Below, in pieces: positions 1-6,779 of a stretch of DNA of 13,883 nt. Numbering within the stretch: position 1 is the stretch's first letter; each line of letters opens with the position of its first letter. The notes under the pieces were generated by a model. That model saw nothing but the letters and a program-made list of their open reading frames with translations. It made no database searches and was not told where the DNA came from. The position numbers and the translations under genes are program-made. The DNA lies in UHGV virus genome UHGV-0131300. One strand, 5' to 3'. The DNA comes from a virus.

Positions 1-1
1 G

Positions 2-121
2 TTCAACCGCGAGTCGAACACTCTTGCGTCGAAATCTATCAATGCCGAAGTGACAAACTCCGCGATTGAGCTGAAAGTGTTGATTGAGCAGATGCGCGAG
101 CAGATTCAGAATATCGAATAA
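2..121 (+). CDS. 3' end of a chromosomal gene (C-terminus ...LKVLIEQMREQIQNIE*); possibly yicC, by inference from the dinD-like right flank
   Basis: Open frame 2 from the window edge to TAA at 119..121, followed by an intrinsic terminator. The yicC identity is inferred from my recollection of E. coli K-12 gene order, not recognised from the sequence. Confidence 0.5.
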   Translation, partial: FNRESNTLASKSINAEVTNSAIELKVLIEQMREQIQNIE

Positions 122-158
122 GCTATCAGTAAAAATCACCAAGCAGCAAAAAACCACA

Positions 159-185
159 AAGCCCGCGAAATGTCGGGCTTTTTTG
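159..185 (+). terminator. Rho-independent terminator of the upstream chromosomal gene
   Basis: Stem aagcccg (159..165) / cgggctt (174..180), 8-nt loop, then a T-run to 184. Confidence 0.7.
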
Positions 186-228
186 TTATCATGAGCTATC
201 ATAACGACGCAATAAAGCGCACAATATG

Positions 229-281
229 CGTGTACATAGAGGTGTACATAATGACTTTCATGTACATTGCTTTATGTACAC
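229..281. promoter_or_regulatory. Cluster of four TGTACA palindromic repeats (integrase arm-type or autoregulatory sites) overlapping the int promoter
   Basis: TGTACA at 231..236, 243..248, 261..266 and 275..280, directly upstream of the int start at 310. A CATAAT -10-like hexamer sits at 247..252. Confidence 0.5.
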
Positions 282-309
282 ACCCATATTCGATATTCAG
301 GTATTCGCA

Positions 310-1569
310 ATGCCAAAACTCACAGATATGCAGATCCGCGCATGGATAAAGGCGGGAGACAGATTTGATGGCAAGGCAGACGGCAACGGCCTTTATATTT
401 GCTACCCCAAAAACTACACAGCCCCGTTCTGGCGATTCCGCTATAAGCTCGCAGGAAAGCAGCGGGCTATGGTTATAGGCTCTTACTCCGAACTGTCACT
501 ATCAAAAGCCAGAGAAACAGCAAAAGAGCTGTCAGCCAGAGTTGCTCTTGGCTATGACGTAGCAGCAGAGAAACAGGAACGAAAAGCTGAAGCACTGGCA
601 AAAATGGAGGCTGAGAAAAACGCCATGCGTGTTTCAGATCTGGCCTCCGAATACTTCGAGCGCCAGATACTTCCGAGATGGAAACATCCCGATATCCTTC
701 GCCGGAGAATTGATAAGGATATTAACCCCTGCATTGGGCATATGAAGGTAGAGGACGTTAAGCCACGCCACATTGACGACATGTTGAAAGGTATCGTTGA
801 CCGAGGAGCACCAACGATAGCAACAGATGTATTACGCTGGACACGCCGTATCTTTGACTACGGGATAAAACGCCACGCTCTGGAGATAAACCCTTGTTCA
901 GCGTTTGAAGTATCTGATGCTGGTGGTAAAGAGGTTTCCCGCGACCGTTGGCTAACTCGCGATGAGCTTATCAGGCTATTCGAGGCTATGCGCACCGCAA
1001 AAGGATTCAGCCGCCAGAACGAACTGACATTTAAGCTATTGCTGGCACTATGCGTTCGTAAGATGGAGTTATGCGCCGCACGATGGGAAGAGTTTGATTT
1101 AGATGGTGCGGTATGGCATTTGCCGGAAGAACGCAGCAAAAACGGAGACCCTATTGATATACCTCTACCTTCCCCAGCCGTTGAATGGTTGAGAGAGCTA
1201 CACACCTTTTCATGTAATAGCGCATGGGTGCTTCCAGCCAGGAAGATGCAAAACAGAATGATCCCACATATTCAGGAAAGCACTTTGCCCGTAGCACTGG
1301 CTAAGGTTCGCGCCGAAATGCCGGATGTGCCTAATTTCACGATTCACGACTTCCGACGCACCGCACGTACTCATTTAGCAGCGTTGGGTGTTGATCCTGT
1401 CGTGGCGGAACGATGCCTCAATCATCGCATTAAGGGCGTAGAGGGGATTTATAACCGCCATCAGTATTTTGATGAGCGTAAAGCAGCACTGGCACAGTGG
1501 GCTGATCTGCTGGTGGCACTGGAAAGCGGAAAAGACTACAACGTAACGCCTCTCAGAAGGGCGAACTAA
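310..1569 (+). CDS. int: Tyrosine site-specific integrase, P4-like family
   Basis: N-terminal arm-binding-like region (LTDMQIRAW...GLYICYPKNYTAPFWRFRYKLAGKQRAMVIGSY). C-terminal catalytic motifs HDFRRTARTHL (HxxR) and LNHRIKGVEGIYNRHQY (catalytic Tyr). Start moved to ATG 310 in the 226..1569 frame, because the first 28 codons overlap the repeat/promoter region. Confidence 0.9.
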   Translation: MPKLTDMQIRAWIKAGDRFDGKADGNGLYICYPKNYTAPFWRFRYKLAGKQRAMVIGSYSELSLSKARETAKELSARVALGYDVAAEKQERKAEALAKMEAEKNAMRVSDLASEYFERQILPRWKHPDILRRRIDKDINPCIGHMKVEDVKPRHIDDMLKGIVDRGAPTIATDVLRWTRRIFDYGIKRHALEINPCSAFEVSDAGGKEVSRDRWLTRDELIRLFEAMRTAKGFSRQNELTFKLLLALCVRKMELCAARWEEFDLDGAVWHLPEERSKNGDPIDIPLPSPAVEWLRELHTFSCNSAWVLPARKMQNRMIPHIQESTLPVALAKVRAEMPDVPNFTIHDFRRTARTHLAALGVDPVVAERCLNHRIKGVEGIYNRHQYFDERKAALAQWADLLVALESGKDYNVTPLRRAN

Positions 1570-1664
1570 CTGAATAGATTGAGCCTAGCTCGACGGGGCG
1601 AAAAGCGGGAAGCCTTACCGCCTGGCTCAATCACAAAATAAGGCGCAGCGTAAAAGGTGACGCA

Positions 1665-2630
1665 ATGAACGACTCTCATGAAACAACAGTGGTGCATAGA
1701 AATTTATGGCAGGAATCAGGTATTCCACCTTTGGACTACTGCACGATAGAGCGAGCATCAAAATTATTAAATTGTGAAATTGATGATATATGGCATTGGA
1801 AAGATAGACTACATATAGACTTTTATGTCTATGCTGACTTTCTTGATTTCATTGAATCTGATGCCACCATCCACTTCAAAAAAGATGCTAATTTTATAAC
1901 TGATTTATTACTTATGTACCCAGAAGAAGTAAGGTTTACATTTCCTTTTCTTATTACCAGCGCAAGCAACGAAGTTTATATCCCAGCATCTGAAAGCGGT
2001 GCTTATGAGCTATTTTATGCACATAAACCACTGACAGTTGAAGACAGCGACAATAAAAATGTTTTTGAACAAATTGGCAAAAACTCTTTTATTGTAAGAA
2101 AATCAATTGCATGTGGATTGTTGCGTGTACGCGGTAGAACAACACGACATTATCATTCACAAGAATGTGGAGAACCATATGTGCGACTTGAAGCAACATT
2201 TGATTGTGATCTATATAAATTCAAAATGCAAAGTTCCCAAATTCACCTGAGTAGCCTGTCAGATAAAAACATTTATATAACAAAGGCTGATTTAGAATAC
2301 CTTCATGACGCAAAGGTTAATGGAAGTTTTGACGCAGCTAAGAGCAAAAAACGATACGAAATGGCGGTAGAACAGGAACTAATACCTGAAATAAAAAATA
2401 GCAACCATAATGCCGAGAGACATGCTGAAAACAGGGAAAAACTTTTCAAATCTGCAATATATCTTTTGTCAAAGTATCCTGATGAATGCCGTGGCAAAAA
2501 GAAAGAAATAAGCCCTGAGAAGTGGCGGGATTGCATAGTGGCTCATAAAGACGAAATTCCACCGTTAGCAATCACAAATGAAGATGTGATTTTGAGACAC
2601 TTACGTGCTGCCGCCAACGGTAAGGGGTAG
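1665..2630 (+). CDS. Hypothetical protein, AT-rich orphan cargo gene between int and alpA
   Basis: 321-aa ORF with an SD-like aaggtg upstream and its own intrinsic terminator. Visibly AT-rich and rich in Lys/Asn/Ile/Tyr codons compared with its neighbours. No motif I can assign with confidence. Confidence 0.7.
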   Translation: MNDSHETTVVHRNLWQESGIPPLDYCTIERASKLLNCEIDDIWHWKDRLHIDFYVYADFLDFIESDATIHFKKDANFITDLLLMYPEEVRFTFPFLITSASNEVYIPASESGAYELFYAHKPLTVEDSDNKNVFEQIGKNSFIVRKSIACGLLRVRGRTTRHYHSQECGEPYVRLEATFDCDLYKFKMQSSQIHLSSLSDKNIYITKADLEYLHDAKVNGSFDAAKSKKRYEMAVEQELIPEIKNSNHNAERHAENREKLFKSAIYLLSKYPDECRGKKKEISPEKWRDCIVAHKDEIPPLAITNEDVILRHLRAAANGKG

Positions 2631-2645
2631 AGTAGCTAACTATTC

Positions 2646-2675
2646 AGGCACAGTATCATTACTGTGCCTTTTTAT
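2646..2675 (+). terminator. Rho-independent terminator after the AT-rich ORF
   Basis: aggcacagt (2646..2654) / actgtgcct (2661..2669) stem, followed by ttttta. Confidence 0.7.
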
Positions 2676-2695
2676 TGTTCATATATGTACAGATA

Positions 2696-2743
2696 CTTCC
2701 TCCCGTAACGAAGCAACAACTATCGCTAAGAGGTTACGGGAAG
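2696..2743 (+). promoter_or_regulatory. Imperfect inverted repeat upstream of alpA, overlapping the region between its SD and start codon
   Basis: cttccTcccgtaac (2696..2709) pairs with gttacgggaag (2733..2743). A TGTACA motif lies at 2686..2691. Confidence 0.4.
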
Positions 2744-2744
2744 C

Positions 2745-2948
2745 ATGAACACCGACACTATTCCTACAAAAGGCTATATCAGACGCTTCCGCCTGGCTGA
2801 ATTGCTGGGCGTTAGTGTATCCACCATCGACCGTAAAGTAAGAAACGGTTCACTACCACGTCCGGTAAAGCTGGGAGAAAAAATAACTGCGTTTGATGCG
2901 GTTGAGATTCACAACTGGCTGGCAGAACGCCGCGGGAAGGTGGCCTGA
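2745..2948 (+). CDS. alpA: AlpA-family DNA-binding regulator / excisionase-like protein
   Basis: 67 aa with the pattern FRLAELLGVSVSTIDRKVRNGSLPRPVKLGEKITAFDAVEIHNWL, typical of AlpA/Xis HTH proteins; sits immediately after the int module. Confidence 0.8.
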   Translation: MNTDTIPTKGYIRRFRLAELLGVSVSTIDRKVRNGSLPRPVKLGEKITAFDAVEIHNWLAERRGKVA

Positions 2949-3379
2949 TGGAAAAGAAAAACCGCCCATTACAGGCGGCTAATTCAGATATTCGCGTATC
3001 TGATGTTACGCCCCTGACAAAATCCCTTCAAGCACCAAAGCGCACACCGAAAAAGCATCGTGCCAGAGTCTATATGCTGCGTACTGGTATAGAGGGATGG
3101 ACAGAAAATGACATTCTTCGCTACTGCCGTCTGTCTTCTGGTCGTAACTATGCAACAGAGTTAGAACGCCAGCTTGGAATCACTCTGGAGCGTATCGACG
3201 AAAAGAATCCTGATGGTATCGGAACACACCTTCGCTACCGTTTCTCCTGCCGTGGTGATGTTCTGAAAGTGATCACTCATGTTAACCATCTTGCGAACAT
3301 AAATGATCACAACGGACTTTCTCAGCAGGAAATTGCCGACATTCTGAAACTCTACCCGAACGCGTTTAACGCCGCCTAA
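2948..3379 (+). CDS. Hypothetical protein (143 aa), basic N-terminus
   Basis: ATG overlaps the alpA stop (TGATG), indicating translational coupling. No recognisable motif. Confidence 0.6.
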   Translation: MEKKNRPLQAANSDIRVSDVTPLTKSLQAPKRTPKKHRARVYMLRTGIEGWTENDILRYCRLSSGRNYATELERQLGITLERIDEKNPDGIGTHLRYRFSCRGDVLKVITHVNHLANINDHNGLSQQEIADILKLYPNAFNAA

Positions 3380-3391
3380 CGGAGACTGAAA

Positions 3392-4225
3392 ATGAACATC
3401 GAAAAAAGCAGATTAATTTCTGAGGCCGCCCCTCATCTGAACGCCTCTCTGGGCACAATTAACGGTAATGAATTTGCCGCAATTGTCCCGGTTATTCCTG
3501 GTCATATCGGTGGGCGTGAAACCAATATTGTTAGCGCAAAAGCGTTACACAAAGCGTTGGGCGTGGGAAAAGACTTCTCTACATGGATCACTGATCGCAT
3601 CTCTGAATATGACTTCACCATTGGGCACGATTACTCAGTCCATAAAACAATTTCCCCAAATTTGGGGAAAAGCCCGAATGGCGCGGCTTACAGCAAGATA
3701 AAGCACTCTGGCAGACCCGGCAAAGACTATCTGTTAAGTGTCGGAATGGCGAAAGAACTGGCAATGATCGAACGCAATGATCAGGGTCGCGCTATCCGCC
3801 GTTATTTCATCCAGTGCGAGGAAGAATTACAGCGTACCGTGCCTGAAATCGCCGCCCGCTATCGTCGCCAGCTAAAAGCCCGTATCAGTGCCGCAAACAA
3901 CTTTAAGCCAATGTGCGATGCGCTGAATATGGCCCGTGCCGAGCTGGGTAAAACGACGCAGCAGCGCCACTACAGCAACGAGAGCAACATGATCGCCCGT
4001 ATCGTGCTGGGTGGCATGACGGCAAAGCAGTGGGCGCAGGCAAATGGCATTACTGGCGAACCACGGGACAGCATGAACGCAGCACAGCTTGAACACCTCT
4101 CCTATCTGGAAAGCACCAATATCACGCTAATTGAGCTGGGGCAGGACTACGACCAGCGCAAAGCTGAATTAATACGACTGTCTCAGCGCTGGCTGGCGAA
4201 GCGTATGAGGGTAAGCCATGCGTAA
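3392..4225 (+). CDS. Phage antirepressor-like protein (AntA/Rha-type N-terminal domain)
   Basis: GGAG SD 7 nt upstream. N-terminal segment SAKALHKALGVGKDFSTWITDRISEYDF...DYLLSVGMAKELAMIERNDQGRAIRRYFIQCEE resembles antirepressor N-domains. Confidence 0.6.
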   Translation: MNIEKSRLISEAAPHLNASLGTINGNEFAAIVPVIPGHIGGRETNIVSAKALHKALGVGKDFSTWITDRISEYDFTIGHDYSVHKTISPNLGKSPNGAAYSKIKHSGRPGKDYLLSVGMAKELAMIERNDQGRAIRRYFIQCEEELQRTVPEIAARYRRQLKARISAANNFKPMCDALNMARAELGKTTQQRHYSNESNMIARIVLGGMTAKQWAQANGITGEPRDSMNAAQLEHLSYLESTNITLIELGQDYDQRKAELIRLSQRWLAKRMRVSHA

Positions 4226-4400
4226 CCAAAACCCCCAGCCGGGAAGCCGTTACAAGGATTCTCACGGGGCTGTAGTGACCGTTGAGCGCGTCGAGCATAA
4301 CCGAGTGACCTTTTACCGCGAGGGCTATCAGTCGCCATGTGTTCAGCCTTTGGAGAGATTCGTTAATGAGTTCGTGGAGGTGCGCCGTGATACTGAATGA
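4218..4400 (+). CDS. Small hypothetical protein (60 aa)
   Basis: ATG 4218 overlaps the end of the preceding gene (stop 4223..4225). Confidence 0.5.
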   Translation: MRNQNPQPGSRYKDSHGAVVTVERVEHNRVTFYREGYQSPCVQPLERFVNEFVEVRRDTE

Positions 4401-4840
4401 ACCTGCCGCCCAGAAAGAAGCCTTTAATCTGGCTGGCCTGTTAGCAAATGTTAACCCTTACAACCTGTCAAAACCTGACATTCATCGCCGCGCCGTTGCG
4501 ACAAATGACGACATTTTAGAGGCGTTTTCTGGGCTGAGAATTGGGCTGCGAATCCTAATAAATCCTAAGTTTTTTTCGCATTTCGTGACCAGTACGCGCG
4601 AGAAAGTTTTTTCTGACAACACTACGCCAGTGGAAAATTATTCCGCTGTCTTGAGTTTTCGGAGCATTACGCGCCCGTCTGGGGAGTTTTCGGACTATGT
4701 AAAAAAGGGCAGTACCTACAGGTCAGACCACCAGCAGGAAAATCAGTGTTATAGTCCCAGTGTTGCTGCAAAATCAGCAACCGGGCGTGGAAACCCGAAC
4801 ACACTCAGGGCGACACAGACGCCGAAAGCGTCTTTTTTTG
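4401..4840 (+). ncRNA. Candidate non-coding regulatory RNA or leader region ending in an intrinsic terminator
   Basis: No credible coding signal despite an open frame. Direct repeat gagttttcgga at 4653..4663 and 4684..4694; hairpin gttgctg/cagcaac at 4762..4781; terminator gacgc-cgaaa-gcgtc plus T7 at 4818..4839. Confidence 0.35.
4818..4839 (+). terminator. Rho-independent terminator inside the non-coding region
   Basis: gacgc (4818..4822), loop cgaaa, gcgtc (4828..4832), then ttttttt (4833..4839). Confidence 0.75.
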
Positions 4841-5028
4841 TGTCCGTTCACTACGCACATCAAATCAGCGGCCTCGTCCGTACTGTATCTATGGTGGCGT
4901 TAGTGGGGCTACGTTCGCGTAGGCCGGTTTCCTTTGTGTCCGGTATTTCCACCCCTGCTAACGTCACCGCCATTTCAGAGCGTGGAAACTCAGGCGGTGA
5001 CTCCTTAAACACAAAGGAGGCTGCCATC

Positions 5029-5217
5029 ATGGCTACTACCCCTACCCAAAATCCACAATTTATCTGGTTAATCGCAGCCGTTCGCCGCGACATGCCGACA
5101 ATTACCGCCAAAATCCATCATGTTGCTGCCGAAAGCGAGCGCGAAGCACGTCAAACTCTGGCACGAGATCACGTCTGTTTCTTTGCAGGCCGCATCCGTC
5201 TGGAGGTGGCAGCATGA
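5029..5217 (+). CDS. Small protein (62 aa), first gene of the replication operon; possibly Icd-like
   Basis: Strong SD aaggagg (5014..5020) 8 nt before ATG 5029. The upstream part of the 4339..5217 frame crosses a terminator and is rejected. The Icd-like family assignment is low confidence. Confidence 0.65.
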   Translation: MATTPTQNPQFIWLIAAVRRDMPTITAKIHHVAAESEREARQTLARDHVCFFAGRIRLEVAA

Positions 5218-5411
5218 GCCGTGAACTCACCTTAGAGCAGGCCGCAGAACGCGCGCACCAGACTGAAATAATTGCCCGTCTGGTTGAAGACTTCCCCCAT
5301 CACCTTGCCGATAGCGAAGTATCCGCAATCGCCACTCCGCTAAAGCGCCTTTCCGGTGACGTTACCGCATGGCTGATTGAAGAATTGGCAGAACGGGAGG
5401 GGAAGCGATGA
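5214..5411 (+). CDS. Small hypothetical protein (65 aa)
   Basis: ATGA start/stop overlap with the preceding ORF; ggagg SD at 5202..5206. Confidence 0.6.
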   Translation: MSRELTLEQAAERAHQTEIIARLVEDFPHHLADSEVSAIATPLKRLSGDVTAWLIEELAEREGKR

Positions 5412-5587
5412 AACAGGGACTAAGCGTTAGTGAAGTAATGTGCAGAATCCAACAGGCGCAGACCGTCCTCACCATGTGGCTTCACACCATGACCACCGAC
5501 GACGGGGAAGCGCCCGATATGGTGGATGCGGTGCTGACAATCTTAGACGGGCTGGCCGATGCGCTGGCAGTGGAGAGTGACAAATGA
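5408..5587 (+). CDS. Small hypothetical protein (59 aa), absent from the supplied ORF track; paralog of the next gene
   Basis: ATGA overlap at both ends (5408 and 5584). Translation MKQGLSVSEVMCRIQQAQTVLTMWLHT... shares the C-I---AQ-VL-MWL motif with the 5584..5805 product. Confidence 0.55.
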   Translation: MKQGLSVSEVMCRIQQAQTVLTMWLHTMTTDDGEAPDMVDAVLTILDGLADALAVESDK

Positions 5588-5805
5588 GCCAGTTACAACT
5601 GATTGATGCTGCCTGCCAGATTGAACCGGCACAGGCTGTTTTATCCATGTGGCTGGAGAGCACCAACAAAGACACTAGCCCCGACCTTCCGCGTCTTATC
5701 GGTTCAATCCTCACTTTGCTGCATGGCGTCCCGGAGGCAATGGAAGAAGCCGAAAGCAAGCTGGCTGACTATGTGATGCGTGAATATCGGGAGGGCAAAG
5801 CATGA
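5584..5805 (+). CDS. Small hypothetical protein (73 aa)
   Basis: ATGA overlaps on both sides; paralogous to the 5408..5587 product. Confidence 0.6.
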   Translation: MSQLQLIDAACQIEPAQAVLSMWLESTNKDTSPDLPRLIGSILTLLHGVPEAMEEAESKLADYVMREYREGKA

Positions 5806-6428
5806 GCAATATACTGACCATTAAACCGGGAAATCCCGACCTGTTCCACGCCGAAGCCACACCGCACGGCGTCAATATCATGACCCGCAATGATGCCGGG
5901 ATGTATGAGCATGTTTGCCTTGTTCCCTATTCAGACGCGGTAACTCATCTCGATAGCGGCAGGTATGACGACATCCCTGATGAAGGATTTACCCTGCATC
6001 TGGCAGTGGCTGACGGCGGGGAGCGTGGCTGGTTCGACTTCACCGCGCAGCATAACGTCACTATGTGGCGCTGGCTGATTGCTGCGACGTTCGTTTCTGA
6101 GATGAAGCGCGAGAACGGCACCACCACGGTTACTGAGGCTGACGGCACATCATCGCAGGTGGCGATTTACTCCAATGGTAATGCGGGCATGGTGGTTTAC
6201 CCGTTTGCTGAACGGCTGGCGATGGCGAACAACATCGAGGGCGCAATGATTGAGCGCTACGGCGTTGAGCAGGGAACAGAGAACGCCATTGTGTTCTACC
6301 GCGCCATGCTGGATACGGAGCGCGGCGAGCTGACCCCGTTCGGACGTGAAACGCTGGCAGAGCTACACGATCACTTCATTGCTGATCTGGATGAAAACGG
6401 CTGGCCTGAAATGCCAGCGGCGCACTGA
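5802..6428 (+). CDS. Hypothetical protein (208 aa)
   Basis: ATGA overlap with the upstream ORF; gggagg SD. No recognisable motif. Confidence 0.65.
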   Translation: MSNILTIKPGNPDLFHAEATPHGVNIMTRNDAGMYEHVCLVPYSDAVTHLDSGRYDDIPDEGFTLHLAVADGGERGWFDFTAQHNVTMWRWLIAATFVSEMKRENGTTTVTEADGTSSQVAIYSNGNAGMVVYPFAERLAMANNIEGAMIERYGVEQGTENAIVFYRAMLDTERGELTPFGRETLAELHDHFIADLDENGWPEMPAAH

Positions 6429-6437
6429 GGGGGCGAC

Positions 6438-6779
6438 ATGATTACCAAAAACTTCCGACTGAATGCGCTGGCGAACCAGTACGCGGCGGCACTTTACAAC
6501 CACATCACGGCTATCAATGGTGGCAATTACTTCATGGTTGACGCGGCAGGCCAGCAAATCCGTGTGGAACTGGTGGGCGGTATCAGTGGCACGCGCCAAC
6601 TTATTGATGGTTACGCGCTCGAAGCACTCAAAGAGACATACCCTCAGTGGGAAAGCATCGGGATCACCATGCTGGAGAAATGCGTCAATGCTGGTGGCCT
6701 GACTGATACCGGGCGCGAGATATGGCAAAGCATGATTAATGATATGGGCGCGACCGTGGCAGGAGGCAACCATGCGTAA
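6438..6779 (+). CDS. Hypothetical protein (113 aa)
   Basis: gaggggg SD; its stop overlaps the primase start (ATGcgTAA). Confidence 0.6.
   Translation: MITKNFRLNALANQYAAALYNHITAINGGNYFMVDAAGQQIRVELVGGISGTRQLIDGYALEALKETYPQWESIGITMLEKCVNAGGLTDTGREIWQSMINDMGATVAGGNHA

Noticed and set aside
226-309. N-terminal extension of the integrase ORF (MRVHRGVHNDFHVHCFMYTPIFDIQVFA)
   Set aside because: It translates the TGTACA repeat/promoter region. The conserved integrase N-terminus begins at the internal Met at 310.
122-309. tRNA or tmRNA integration target at the left junction
   Set aside because: No cloverleaf-compatible sequence or CCA-like 3' end was seen; the junction follows a protein-gene terminator.
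552-1205. Minus-strand ORFs 552..782 and 858..1205
   Set aside because: Fully embedded antisense in the well-supported integrase gene; low-complexity Ser/Arg-rich translations.
3468-4096. ORFs 3468..3701 (+) and 3872..4096 (-)
   Set aside because: Both lie within the antirepressor-like gene in other frames or strands.
4339-5028. Upstream 230 codons of the 292-aa ORF 4339..5217
   Set aside because: The frame reads through an intrinsic terminator, hairpins and direct repeats and has no SD at 4339. A strong SD (aaggagg) precedes the internal ATG at 5029, so only 5029..5217 is called coding.
5469-5759. Minus-strand ORF 5469..5759 (96 aa)
   Set aside because: Antisense to two translationally coupled plus-strand ORFs; Arg/Ser-rich with no SD.
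6739-6771. Earlier start for the primase-helicase
   Set aside because: AGGAGG at 6761..6766 is correctly spaced for ATG 6772, which also overlaps the upstream stop; 6739 has no SD.
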